The notes below the pieces were generated by a model. That model made no database searches. It was not told where the DNA came from and worked only from the letters and a program-made list of their open reading frames with translations. The translations under genes were made by a program, and so were the position numbers. Below are positions 17,582 through 27,144 of a stretch of DNA of 37,345 nt, piece after piece. Source of the stretch: a virus (taxonomy: Duplodnaviria; Caudoviricetes); the IMG/VR virus record IMGVR_UViG_3300048998_000108, positions 1-37,345 of that record; one strand, written 5' to 3'. How positions within the stretch are numbered: the stretch's first letter is position 1; every line of letters starts with the position of its first letter.

Positions 17582-17682
17582 GCGCAGTAATCAATCCGGT
17601 ACTGCATCGCTGAAACTGACGAGCATCGAGGCTCGCCACTTCCGGCGATGGAGCACCGCAAAACTTTTTCGGAGGTTCAATC

Positions 17683-18141
17683 GTGGGAGACGTTTTGAAG
17701 TTCAGCAAACGGAGCTACCAGCCGGAAGTCGCAATCGTCGTGCGCCACGCTTGGTATCCAGATTCACCGTTCACTTTCTTCTTTCCGAAAGTCTTGCCTC
17801 AGTGCGCACTCAACGCCGAAAAGACCTACTTCGGATTGACGGACGCGGAAGGGAAGGACGCGGCGCGCAAGGCGTTGATTGAAGTCGTCGCGTTGATGTC
17901 TCTGCGCGCGCCGGAGGGCTTCGACGACTTCGCGACCGTCGTCGCGCCGTCGTTCGTTGAACGCATCCGCACTTACTTCGACGATCCTTCCATGCCGGAG
18001 CTTGAGCAGATCATCGTCGCCGCGTGGACGGCGTACAAGCAAGGAGCGCGCCCCAGCGCGTATTTGAAAAGCCTTTCAGACAATGGCGCGGGAAGTGGTC
18101 AACCTTCATCAGTTCCTAAACAAACTGAATCCGGCGTTTGA
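17683..18141 (+). CDS. Tail assembly chaperone (putative)
   Basis: GGAGGT SD, GTG start; between tail tube and TMP. Confidence 0.65.
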   Translation: MGDVLKFSKRSYQPEVAIVVRHAWYPDSPFTFFFPKVLPQCALNAEKTYFGLTDAEGKDAARKALIEVVALMSLRAPEGFDDFATVVAPSFVERIRTYFDDPSMPELEQIIVAAWTAYKQGARPSAYLKSLSDNGAGSGQPSSVPKQTESGV

Positions 18142-18475
18142 CGACTGCCCGCGCCTCTGCGCGCTCGAAGACGGCAGAGAGCGCGAGAGTTTTTGCGACA
18201 ACTGCGACGCGAAAGCTCAATACGAATTCTTCGAGCGGTCTTTCGAGCATGAATCACAAAAGCAAAGCCTCTCGAAAGATTATTCGTTCTCGCGCCTCTA
18301 CCGTGATGTGTCGCGCGTCATGGCGGTGAACTTCGAGCACAGGCGCGGCTACCCGAAAGGGTGCTCGGCTGTGGAGGCGCAACTGCTCGACATCGTTCGC
18401 TACGAGATGTCGCGCCCCGCGCGCGCGGCGAATTACGAGCTTGATCAGAAGCTCAAGAACAGGGGCGAGACGTGA
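18083..18475 (+). CDS. Second tail chaperone ORF (gpT-like), Cys pairs
   Basis: Overlaps previous gene by 59 nt in the +1 frame; CPRLC and CDNC. Confidence 0.55.
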   Translation: MAREVVNLHQFLNKLNPAFDDCPRLCALEDGRERESFCDNCDAKAQYEFFERSFEHESQKQSLSKDYSFSRLYRDVSRVMAVNFEHRRGYPKGCSAVEAQLLDIVRYEMSRPARAANYELDQKLKNRGET

Positions 18476-18645
18476 GACTCGAAACGATCATCTTGTCGGG
18501 CAATGCGCGCGATAGGCGCAAACTTTTACGCGCGCGCCGACGCGCAATTCTCGCCGCGCATCCGCAGGCTGTATTCCGCCGTCGTGATCGCGGTCGCGTA
18601 GAAGTCCATTTGTCCATGCCCGCGACGCACAAGCGCAATGGCTAA
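18472..18645 (+). CDS. Small Arg-rich protein, 57 aa
   Basis: GTGA overlap upstream, 8-nt overlap with TMP; fills the gap exactly. Confidence 0.4.
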   Translation: MRLETIILSGNARDRRKLLRARRRAILAAHPQAVFRRRDRGRVEVHLSMPATHKRNG

Positions 18646-21133
18646 CAGGCTCGAAGTCAGTATTGACGTGACGCGCGAAGAGGCGGCATCCGCTTCCTTC
18701 GCCAATGTCGCGCGCTCTGCGGAAGCCGCCACCGCCGCCGTCAACGCGGGCGCGGCAGAGCTATCGCCAGCAGCAGCCGCAATCGAGCGCGATCTTTTGA
18801 AGATGGGCGTCGGCGCGGAGGTCGCGAGAAAAGCCGCGCAGCAGTTCGCAGCGACGACTGTCGAAGCGTCGGCGACGGCGGTTAAGGCTTACGAGCGTGA
18901 GGCGGTCGCGGCTGAACTCTCGGCGAAGCAGCAACTTGCGGCTGCCGCGTCGTTGCAGCGTCAACGCAGCTCCGCTCTCATTCAACAGGCGCGGGAAGAG
19001 GAGCGCGCGGCACTACGCGCGGCGGAAGGCGCGCCGATCTCTGCTTTCGGTCTGCGACGTGCGATCACGACGGGGGCGCAGGCGGCGGGGTTGCCGGGCG
19101 AAGTGGGCGCGCTCGGCGGGTTGGGCGCGTTCGGCGGACCCATCGCGTTAATCGGCGGTGCGCTCGCCGCAGTCGCCGCCGTGCGAGAGTTGATCACGCT
19201 CGACGCCGAAGCGCAGAAAAGCCAGATCGATCTCGCGCTCGCGGCGCGCGACACGGGGCAGAGCTTTGGAGAGTTGAGTGCGGATGCTGAGACTTTCCGC
19301 GCCTCGATCATCGGCACGCGCGAAGATGCGAACACGCTCGCGGGCGCGCTCGGCGATCTGCAAGCACGCACGGGCAATGTTTTCAACTCTCAAGACCTCG
19401 CTCAAAGCCTCTCCACGATCACGACGGCGCGCGGACTCGACGCGAAGGACGCAGCGAAGTTGATCGAGGGCGTCGGGCGTGGCGATAAGGGAGCGTTTGA
19501 AGCTCTGACGAATCGCAGCGCGGAGCTTGCGCTCGACGCTTACGCGCGCTCGGTAGGGACGACGACCGCGCGGCTCACGCAGATGCAGCGCGCGCAAGCC
19601 TTAGTCTCTGCGGCGATGCAGGAGAGCGCGAAATATACCGACCTCGCGGCGGCGCGCGTGGACTCTCTCGACGGGCGGCTGTCGAAGTTCAAATCGGACG
19701 TGACGGACGCGCTCTCACAAGGCGGCGTGCCCTACCTCTTAGGGCTGCTCGCCTCTGGCGGCGATCCGACGAAGGCGGCTGGCATCGGACTGCAACTGAG
19801 CGTCCAGCGCGCGGTGGAAGGTGTGGGCGCGGGCGCGAAGGCTTCGGCGGGCGGATCGGTCACGACCGACGCACAAGACGCCGCGCGACAAGAGGCTCGG
19901 CGCGCGCAGCTCGAAGAGGGGTTGCGCCGCTTTCAAGAGCAGAATTTCGGCGCGGGCACGGAGGGCGTGCAGGCGAGACTCGCGGCGGCGCGCGAGCTGC
20001 AAGCGCGTTTCGAGTCGGTGAAGGCTTCAATCTCGACTGACGATGCCGAAAGGTTCGGTCATCAGATCGCGGAGTCGCTCAAGAGCGCGAATCACCAGCT
20101 CGACGAGATGATCGATCACGCGCGCGATCAAGTTCCCGCCGCGCTCACAACGCTTGCCGCACGACTCGACCGCGATAACCCCTTCGTCAAATTGGGACTC
20201 GAAGGCGAGCAGCGCATCTCTGCTTTGCGAAAACAGTTCGCCCCGCTCGGCGATGATTTTGTCGAGCAGATGGTCAGGATGGAGCGGGCGGCTACGGCGG
20301 TAGATGCCGCCACACTGCGCTTCAATTCGCGTCTGACGGCTTTGCGCGATCATCAGGAAGCCGAGAGGCTCAGGCAGCCCTTCGTCGGCTTGACGGGCGC
20401 GGAAGAGCGCAGCAGCGCGACGGCTGCGGCGCGCGGCAACTTCGCGCTCTCAGGCGTCGCGGGTCGCGAGCAAGCGAACGCCCTTCGCGCCGGATTCGCG
20501 CGCGTCGATCCAAACTTCCTCGCGACGCAGCAATTCAATGAGTTGTTGCGACAAGAGCGCGAGATGAGCGGCTTGACGGGCGGCGCGGCTAAGGCGGCAA
20601 AAGCGGAGTTCGATAAGCGGTTCGAGCAGATTTACAACTCGCTCTCACCCGACCAGCAGGCGCGGGTCGCGCGCGATCCGTCGCTCGCGGTTTCCAACCG
20701 TCGCTTTCAATCGGCGTTCGCGGGCGATGCTGCGCGGTCGCAAAAAGAGATTGCCGATTCGATTGAGCGCGAGCGCGCGGGCAATCAACTGCAAGCGAAC
20801 GCGCGCGAGCAGTTGCAACTCTTCAATCAATCCGGCTTGCCGACGGACGAAAAGCTAAAACAGTTTCTCGCGATCACGGGCACGCTCTCCGATAAAGAGT
20901 TGACGGGCGATCTTCGCATCGCGCGTGCGCGCGCGCTCGACGAGTCGGCGCGGCGCGAGGCGGGCAGAGAAGGCGCGGCGGATAATCTCGTCAAGGCGTT
21001 GACGGCGATCATCACGGGGAAGGGTTTGAAGATTGACGGAGACATCGGCTTGAACTTCAATGTGAAAGACGATCTCACGGTCGCGCCGGATTTAGGCTCG
21101 ACGCCGAAACCCGAAGCGTCGGATGGACAGTAG
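18638..21133 (+). CDS. Tape measure protein
   Basis: 831 aa, Ala-rich helical, Gly-rich hydrophobic segment, RLEVSID N-terminus. Confidence 0.88.
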   Translation: MANRLEVSIDVTREEAASASFANVARSAEAATAAVNAGAAELSPAAAAIERDLLKMGVGAEVARKAAQQFAATTVEASATAVKAYEREAVAAELSAKQQLAAAASLQRQRSSALIQQAREEERAALRAAEGAPISAFGLRRAITTGAQAAGLPGEVGALGGLGAFGGPIALIGGALAAVAAVRELITLDAEAQKSQIDLALAARDTGQSFGELSADAETFRASIIGTREDANTLAGALGDLQARTGNVFNSQDLAQSLSTITTARGLDAKDAAKLIEGVGRGDKGAFEALTNRSAELALDAYARSVGTTTARLTQMQRAQALVSAAMQESAKYTDLAAARVDSLDGRLSKFKSDVTDALSQGGVPYLLGLLASGGDPTKAAGIGLQLSVQRAVEGVGAGAKASAGGSVTTDAQDAARQEARRAQLEEGLRRFQEQNFGAGTEGVQARLAAARELQARFESVKASISTDDAERFGHQIAESLKSANHQLDEMIDHARDQVPAALTTLAARLDRDNPFVKLGLEGEQRISALRKQFAPLGDDFVEQMVRMERAATAVDAATLRFNSRLTALRDHQEAERLRQPFVGLTGAEERSSATAAARGNFALSGVAGREQANALRAGFARVDPNFLATQQFNELLRQEREMSGLTGGAAKAAKAEFDKRFEQIYNSLSPDQQARVARDPSLAVSNRRFQSAFAGDAARSQKEIADSIERERAGNQLQANAREQLQLFNQSGLPTDEKLKQFLAITGTLSDKELTGDLRIARARALDESARREAGREGAADNLVKALTAIITGKGLKIDGDIGLNFNVKDDLTVAPDLGSTPKPEASDGQ

Positions 21134-21149
21134 GGAGAGTCAATTCTAA

Positions 21150-21602
21150 ATGCCGCTTTCTTCCGAGCGTTACTACGTCGGCTCAGTCTCCGACTCGACG
21201 ACGACAATCTTTTTGTCGAGCGACATGACGAACGCAGGCGTGCCCGCGAAAATTGAGCTTTCCGGCGAAGACGCATTCGACGACATCACGGGCGAGACCG
21301 TGACGGAAGCGTCGGACGGCAACATTCACACGCAAGCGATCATCGCGGGTGTGGTCGGCGTGAGATTCGAGATCAAGATTCTCTTTTGTCCTGAAGCTCT
21401 CTTCGCCGCGCTCGTCTCCATGCTCGAAGGCACGCGCGGCACGAACGCGAGCGTGCGTGTCCATCTCACTTCCGTCAAGCGCGAGATAGACGTGCAGGCA
21501 ATCGCGAATGGTAACGGCTGGCTCTCAACGGGCAAATTCTCCGGCTCAGTAATTCAGGATGTTGTGACGAGGTTAATCAGTACCGGCGCGGGAGGCGCAT
21601 AA
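21150..21602 (+). CDS. Tail tip protein (distal-tail-like, putative)
   Basis: Directly after TMP; GGGAG SD. Confidence 0.55.
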   Translation: MPLSSERYYVGSVSDSTTTIFLSSDMTNAGVPAKIELSGEDAFDDITGETVTEASDGNIHTQAIIAGVVGVRFEIKILFCPEALFAALVSMLEGTRGTNASVRVHLTSVKREIDVQAIANGNGWLSTGKFSGSVIQDVVTRLISTGAGGA

Positions 21603-21607
21603 CGACG

Positions 21608-22024
21608 ATGGCTGACAAGTCAACATATTTGAGCAACCACTTGCTCGATCATCTACTCGGCGGACCCGACTTCGCGCGCCCCGCAACCGTCTATGTCGCG
21701 CTCTTTACCTCCGCGCCGGGCGCGGGCGGCGGCGGCACGGAAGTCTCAGGCGGCTCTTACGCGAGAGTCGCCGTCACGAACAACGCGACGAACTTTCCCG
21801 CAGCGTCGGGGGCGTCGAAGTCGAACGCGACGGCGATCACGTTTCCAGCCGCAACCGCCGGATGGGGAAGCGTCTCGCACTACGGGCTCTTCGACGCGCT
21901 CACGGGCGGCAACCTCTTGAAGTTCGCTCCGATCCTCGTCGCCGGAGTCGCGACGCCGCGCACGGTCGCGTCAGGCGATCAACCCTCCTTCGGCGTCGGC
22001 GATCTGGTCTTCAACGAGAGTTAA
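21608..22024 (+). CDS. Virion tail-associated structural protein
   Basis: YVALFT..P......EVSGGSYARVAV...N...ITFP.AT..WG.V.H.GLFDA.TGGNLL is a widespread phage tail family pattern. Confidence 0.85.
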   Translation: MADKSTYLSNHLLDHLLGGPDFARPATVYVALFTSAPGAGGGGTEVSGGSYARVAVTNNATNFPAASGASKSNATAITFPAATAGWGSVSHYGLFDALTGGNLLKFAPILVAGVATPRTVASGDQPSFGVGDLVFNES

Positions 22025-22034
22025 GGAGTCGCCC

Positions 22035-23852
22035 ATGCTGCAATACGCCGTCTTGCAGGTCGCGCGCGAAGTCTCCGCGCCCGCGACATCAATCGCCCGC
22101 GTGCGCTCGCCGCTCGCGGGAAACATCACGCGCGTCGAGGTTTCGACGGAGAGCGCGAACGGCGCGGGCGTCGCCACCTTCGACGTGAATGTGAACGGCA
22201 CAAGCATTTTCACTTCGACGGGGCATCGCCCTTCGCTCGCGTCCGGCGCGAGCGAAGGCTTCACGACGAGCGTTGATGCGCCTTCGGTTGCGCGTGGCGA
22301 TCTCGTGACGATAGATGCCGCGACGATTCCGGCGGGCGGCTTTGCGGCGATGACGCTCACCGTCACCGTCACGATTGACGATGGGATCGCGACAACACTT
22401 TCTGGCGATGCCTCCGGCGCGTTCTCTGCTAACACCGTCACAAAAGTTCAGGGCAACGCCGTTGATGCAACCGCGCCGACGCACGAGCAGGCTTACGTCT
22501 GGTCGCAGTTTGCGGCATCGTTCGTCGCGCGAAACCTCACGCTCACGCACGACGACATCATCGCCGATCTCTATTGGGGCGCGCTCGCGCGCGTGACGAC
22601 GAGCGCGGAGTTGACGGCGGCACGCGGCGACTTCCTCACAAACATTGATGCGTCGGGCGTCGCAGGATTGATCGCGGAAGTTCAATCGCTCGGTCACACG
22701 CTCTTCACGGGAAGCGAATACATCGCGCGCGCGCGCACCGACGCGCAGTTCGTCTCCGATCTCTTTCAAGCTTACTTGGGTCGCAATCCCGCGTCGGCGG
22801 AAGTGACGACATGGACGACGTATCTTGCGACGCACACGCGCGCGCAGACCGACGCTGCCGTTTCCGCCGCGTCGGAAGTGACGACGATTCGTTTGCGTCG
22901 CGTGGTCTCTTCGTCGAATCGGGGCGTGAATCCGATGACGACGCTCGGAGACTTCATCGCGGGCGGCGCGGCGGGCGCGGAAGGTAGGATCGGGATCGGC
23001 TCTGCCGGGCAAGTGCTGACAGTCGTCTCCGGCTCTCCGGCGTGGGCGACTCCGACGGCGGTTGGCATGGCGAACCCGATGACGGCATCGGGCGACATCA
23101 TCTACGGCGGGACGGCGGGCGCAGCGCAACGGCTCGCCAAAGGCAGTGATGGTCAAATCCTCACGCTCGCCTCTGGTCTCCCAGCGTGGGCTGCCGCCGC
23201 GTCGGGAGCGGTCGCGCCCTTCACCTCCTCGCACCCTGACGCGCACCCGTCGAGCGCGAACGCGGCGGACGACGAGTTCGACGGCTCGTCGCTCGACACG
23301 GCGGGCACGCGCACGTCAGGCGCAACCGCGTGGGCGTGGGTCAATCAGGGAAGCGTGCTCTTGAGCTACTCGCAGAGTCACGCGATGCTCAAGCGCGCCG
23401 CCTCGAACTCGGCGAATAACGTCTCGTCAATCGTGCAGTCGCTGCCTTCGCAGACCTTCAAGTACAGGTGCAAGATGTCGTTCGCGACGAAGAACGCCGA
23501 CAACATGGCGGGGCTCGTCTTGAGAGATTCGGCGTCATCGAAGCTCATCATGTTTCAGTGGTATTCGGGCTCGTCGCCGACTTTGAAGGTGCAGCAGTAC
23601 ACGAACAACACGACTACGGGGACGACATCGCAGTCCGTCAACTGCATGGATGCGACGCTCTACTTGGAGATCGAGCAGGACGCGACGAATCGTTACTACC
23701 GCTTCTCTTTCAACGGCGTCGAAGGATCGTTTAACGAGATATTGAGCGAGACGAAGACGGCTTTTCTCACGCCCGATCAAATAGGGCTCGCGCTCAACCC
23801 TTTCAGCGCGCCCTGCATCGCCGCGTTCGATTGGTTCAGGCGCATTAGCTGA
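22035..23852 (+). CDS. Tail fibre / receptor-binding protein with DUF4214-like helical insert and C-terminal ConA-like lectin domain
   Basis: Two NPMT..GD.I.GG.AG...R...GS.GQ.LT..SG.PAW repeats; TDAQFVSDLFQAYLGRNP; DDEFDGSSLD...AGLVLRD...FDWFRR. Confidence 0.8.
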   Translation: MLQYAVLQVAREVSAPATSIARVRSPLAGNITRVEVSTESANGAGVATFDVNVNGTSIFTSTGHRPSLASGASEGFTTSVDAPSVARGDLVTIDAATIPAGGFAAMTLTVTVTIDDGIATTLSGDASGAFSANTVTKVQGNAVDATAPTHEQAYVWSQFAASFVARNLTLTHDDIIADLYWGALARVTTSAELTAARGDFLTNIDASGVAGLIAEVQSLGHTLFTGSEYIARARTDAQFVSDLFQAYLGRNPASAEVTTWTTYLATHTRAQTDAAVSAASEVTTIRLRRVVSSSNRGVNPMTTLGDFIAGGAAGAEGRIGIGSAGQVLTVVSGSPAWATPTAVGMANPMTASGDIIYGGTAGAAQRLAKGSDGQILTLASGLPAWAAAASGAVAPFTSSHPDAHPSSANAADDEFDGSSLDTAGTRTSGATAWAWVNQGSVLLSYSQSHAMLKRAASNSANNVSSIVQSLPSQTFKYRCKMSFATKNADNMAGLVLRDSASSKLIMFQWYSGSSPTLKVQQYTNNTTTGTTSQSVNCMDATLYLEIEQDATNRYYRFSFNGVEGSFNEILSETKTAFLTPDQIGLALNPFSAPCIAAFDWFRRIS

Positions 23853-26173
23853 TGTCGATCTTCTTTCCCGTCGGCGGCTCAACGGTCATCGCCCTCGAAG
23901 CCTCCTCAGAGGGGATGGGCGACTCGCTGGCAACGCTTCGCTTCGCACCGCTCTCTCTGCACGCGCTCTCGACGGGCGAATCAATCAGTCTCGCGACTCT
24001 CAACGCTTCAATCGATCTGCGCGCGCACTCGACGGGCGAGTCGTCGAGTCTAGCGACTCTCCGTGTCGCCAACCGATTGCGCGCACAATCGTCGGGCGAG
24101 GGCGCAAGTCTCGCGACTCTTCGCGAGTTGCTGCGCTTCGCAGCGTCGGGCGCAGGCAACGGTTTCTCACTCGCGACATTGCGACTGAATGCGGCGGGCA
24201 CGCCCTCGCTCGAAGCTCAATCGTCGGGCGAGTCGTCGAGTCTAGCGACACTCGGCGTGCGCGTGCGGCTCGTCGCGATCTCCGCAGGCGAGGGCGACTC
24301 TTTCGCCTCTCTCGCGGGCACTGCCGCGCTCGATTACGGCTTCACGTTCTTCGTGACCGTCTTGCCCCTCGCCCTTCAATCTTCCTCACGTCGCACTTAT
24401 CGCGCGCGCTTGCAGGCAGACGGCGCGGAGCTGCCCATTACGCGCTTTGACTTGAGCGCGCCCGAAAATTCTATCGGCGCAAGTCTCACGCCGACGCTCG
24501 CCACGCCCGATCCCGCGTTTCTTTCGACGACGAGTCTCTTCACGCTCGCCCTCGGAGTCTTCGACGGCACATCTTTCTCATTCGTCAATTTACTGACAGG
24601 CGGAAAGCTCTCCGCGCGCGCTCTCTCAATCGGCTTACGAGATCGTCGCCCGACCGATGCCGCGACTTGCACGGTGATTGATGCGCTCGCGGACAGGTGG
24701 CAGCTTGCCCCGCCACGTCCAACGACACTCGAAGGCGCGGGCAGCTTCGACGCTGGCGACGCGACGGAGGGCGTAGATTCGATTCACGACGAGCGCGGCG
24801 TCGCAGTGTTGCCCCTGCACGTGCCCGTCGCCAACCTCACGCTGCACGAGGCGCTCAGGCGCGCTTACGTGGTGGGCTGCGGCTTCGCTGCGGTCGTGAC
24901 GAACATCCCCGACTATCGCTTGTCGCGCGTGAACTTCTCCATCTCGGCGGGCTACCACGAGTCGGTGCGCTCACTTCTCGCGCTTTATGAACCCGTGTAT
25001 GCGACTGTGGGTAACACGCTCTGGATTATCGATCCCGATGAAGTCATCAACGCGGGCGCGCCAGCTTATCAACTCCCGCTCTCGGCGGTCGTGACGGTGA
25101 AGGACTCTCAAGCGCAGCGACAAATAGTTGATGCCGTTGTGGTCTCCTATCAAGAGAATGTGAGCGATGCGGAGATCGTGACGGGCGAGCGGTTTGAAGA
25201 GGAGACGGCGACGGCGGGGACGTTTGGCGAAGTGGGCTACACGGAGACTTTGAGTCGCAGGCGCATCAGGCAATACGCGCGAACTGTTGCGCCGACAATC
25301 GTGACGCGCGAAGAGGCAGTTGATGTGACGACGCTCGTGCATGATTACTTGGGCGTGCTCATTCATCGCGAGGCGCAAACCGACCAGACAGATTCGCTAG
25401 GGCGAAAGGTCGGGCACACGCGCACAGTGGAGTCGCTCGTGCCGCAACTCTCCGACGGCACGCTACTATTGCAGACGACGGAGCGCGAGACGTGCGCCGT
25501 CACCTATCGCCCGCATCCGACCGATCCGCGCCGCTACGTGCAGGACACTTCGACGACTTTCGTCGAAGGATTGATCTTAGCCGACGCCGACAATCCTTAT
25601 CGCGGCGAGCCGTTCAAGCTCCCGATGACGGACGCGCACCGAAACGGCATCGTTGACCCGACTGCTTCGCAGTCAACCGACTTCGTTGCGATCCGAACGA
25701 CGACGGAAAGTTTGCGCGTGCGCTCGGATGGTCAACTCGACGTGGCGGTCGTCGTCATTGATCATCTCGCCAACACGACGCAGAGATCGAGCGCGCAAGC
25801 TCGCGTCGGAGAGATCAGTTTCGACGCGACGCGCCAGCGCACGCGGCGCGTGATCGTGAGACTGCCGGGTGCGACGACGAGCACGCGCCGCGTCGTCGAA
25901 CTCTCGGCGGGCGAAGTGCCGCGCGCCGAGGCGTTGCGCCTTGCGCGTCGCAAGCTCGCGCGCTTGAACACGCCGCCGCGCAGAGTTTCGATTCAACTGC
26001 CCTCTGTTGACTTCGCGATTCGTCGCGGTCAAATCGTGCAGGCGTTTAATCGCACGGGCGCAAGCGGCACGTTTATCGTCACGGGCTACTCGATCACGGG
26101 CGAGAAGCTGGGGAGTCGCGATCAGTTGATCACAATGAACTTGGACGCGATTCAATTAACGGCGGGGCTCTAG
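23852..26173 (+). CDS. Tail protein (baseplate-hub-like) with seven N-terminal ~21-aa repeats
   Basis: Repeats of A.S.GE..SLATL at about 23897-24315; hub-like C-terminus (IRRGQIV...FIVTGYSI). Confidence 0.7.
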   Translation: MSIFFPVGGSTVIALEASSEGMGDSLATLRFAPLSLHALSTGESISLATLNASIDLRAHSTGESSSLATLRVANRLRAQSSGEGASLATLRELLRFAASGAGNGFSLATLRLNAAGTPSLEAQSSGESSSLATLGVRVRLVAISAGEGDSFASLAGTAALDYGFTFFVTVLPLALQSSSRRTYRARLQADGAELPITRFDLSAPENSIGASLTPTLATPDPAFLSTTSLFTLALGVFDGTSFSFVNLLTGGKLSARALSIGLRDRRPTDAATCTVIDALADRWQLAPPRPTTLEGAGSFDAGDATEGVDSIHDERGVAVLPLHVPVANLTLHEALRRAYVVGCGFAAVVTNIPDYRLSRVNFSISAGYHESVRSLLALYEPVYATVGNTLWIIDPDEVINAGAPAYQLPLSAVVTVKDSQAQRQIVDAVVVSYQENVSDAEIVTGERFEEETATAGTFGEVGYTETLSRRRIRQYARTVAPTIVTREEAVDVTTLVHDYLGVLIHREAQTDQTDSLGRKVGHTRTVESLVPQLSDGTLLLQTTERETCAVTYRPHPTDPRRYVQDTSTTFVEGLILADADNPYRGEPFKLPMTDAHRNGIVDPTASQSTDFVAIRTTTESLRVRSDGQLDVAVVVIDHLANTTQRSSAQARVGEISFDATRQRTRRVIVRLPGATTSTRRVVELSAGEVPRAEALRLARRKLARLNTPPRRVSIQLPSVDFAIRRGQIVQAFNRTGASGTFIVTGYSITGEKLGSRDQLITMNLDAIQLTAGL

Positions 26174-26188
26174 AGTGAGGAGAAAACT

Positions 26189-26398
26189 ATGATTGAACTT
26201 CATGTGCATTTCCAGAGCGGCGTTTGGGGCGTCTCGATTCGCGAGCGCGGGAAGATGGATCGCTTCGTCACGTATCCGGCATGGGATAAGCGCGTCGCTT
26301 TGAGTTACGCGAAAGCGGAGGCTAAGAATTATCGCCCTGCGCGTGTCGTCGTGCATGACAAGGCGGGCGCGATTCAGAACAAACTCGATTTCGAGTGA
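26189..26398 (+). CDS. Hypothetical protein, 69 aa (DUF2188-like pattern)
   Basis: GAGGAG SD; W.V..RG......A...AK..A......VVVHDKAG.IQ. Confidence 0.7.
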   Translation: MIELHVHFQSGVWGVSIRERGKMDRFVTYPAWDKRVALSYAKAEAKNYRPARVVVHDKAGAIQNKLDFE

Positions 26399-26411
26399 GA
26401 GAGGAGAAAAG

Positions 26412-26690
26412 ATGATTCCAGAACGCAACCTTAATTCACCTTTGCGGCGCATGGTTGATGAGCGCGGTGTGACCGCCGTGCTCAAAGAACTAACAGAGAT
26501 CGTTGACGAGCTTAATTCACCTTTGCGGCGCATGGTTGATGAGCGCGGTGTGACCGCCGTGCTCAAAGAACTAACAGAGATCGTTGACGAGTTGGACGCG
26601 GGCGGCGAGTGGCGTGGCGTCTCTAATAACCTTGAACGCGCACACATTCTATCACGCGAGGTTGAGGCGCAACTTGAATCGGAAGTTTGA
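26412..26690 (+). CDS. Hypothetical protein with internal 27-aa duplication
   Basis: GAGGAG SD, ATG 26412. Confidence 0.65.
   Translation: MIPERNLNSPLRRMVDERGVTAVLKELTEIVDELNSPLRRMVDERGVTAVLKELTEIVDELDAGGEWRGVSNNLERAHILSREVEAQLESEV
26430..26591 (+). repeat. Perfect 81-bp tandem duplication
   Basis: 26430-26510 identical to 26511-26591. Confidence 0.95.
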
Positions 26691-26696
26691 ATTTCG

Positions 26697-26840
26697 ATGA
26701 AAACTTGCTGGTGTTGCGGCGGGGACTCAGGCGGTTGCGGCTGCGCGCGCTCGCGCTGCGAGCGGTGCTTCAACTGCACACGATGTTGTCTGTGCGACGA
26801 CGAGGAAGGCGAGGACGAAGAAGATGCCGACGGTGACTGA
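26697..26840 (+). CDS. Cys-rich mini-protein with acidic tail, 47 aa
   Basis: MKTCWCCGGDSGGCGCARSRCERCFNCTRCCLCDDEEGEDEEDADGD; fills the gap between neighbours. Confidence 0.6.
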   Translation: MKTCWCCGGDSGGCGCARSRCERCFNCTRCCLCDDEEGEDEEDADGD

Positions 26841-27144
26841 CACGCTGGGAAACCCTCTGACGCACGTCGCGCTCGTCATGTCGCCCCTCTCTGATTCGAG
26901 TGTCGTCGTCGCGCGCGTCGAGTGTCGTGCGGGTCTCTTCCTCGCCGCCACGTCGGAAGGCGCGGCGCGCGTGCTGGCTCGTCGCACAGGCTCAGGCAGC
27001 CCGTTTGTTGACCTCTCCACGTCGCCGATCTCTTTGACGGAATTTGACGGCACGACGCAAAGTTTCGACTTCAAAGTCAGCGCGGGCGCGGTCTCTGCAA
27101 TCGAGCGCGATGCGTTGAGCGTGCGTGTCACGTTCGCGCCATGA
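26824..27144 (+). CDS. Hypothetical beta-rich protein, possibly virion-associated
   Basis: GAGG SD; ATGA overlap with next gene. Confidence 0.7.
   Translation: MPTVTDTLGNPLTHVALVMSPLSDSSVVVARVECRAGLFLAATSEGAARVLARRTGSGSPFVDLSTSPISLTEFDGTTQSFDFKVSAGAVSAIERDALSVRVTFAP

Noticed and set aside
22089-23246. Long antisense ORFs (also 6589-7566, 10037-10732, 14576-15520)
   Set aside because: Shadows of well-supported + strand genes, expected at high GC; no motifs or RBS.
26430-26591. Possible CRISPR array or DGR template/variable repeat
   Set aside because: Units are adjacent and identical, with no spacers or adenine-specific mismatches; no cas or reverse transcriptase gene is present.
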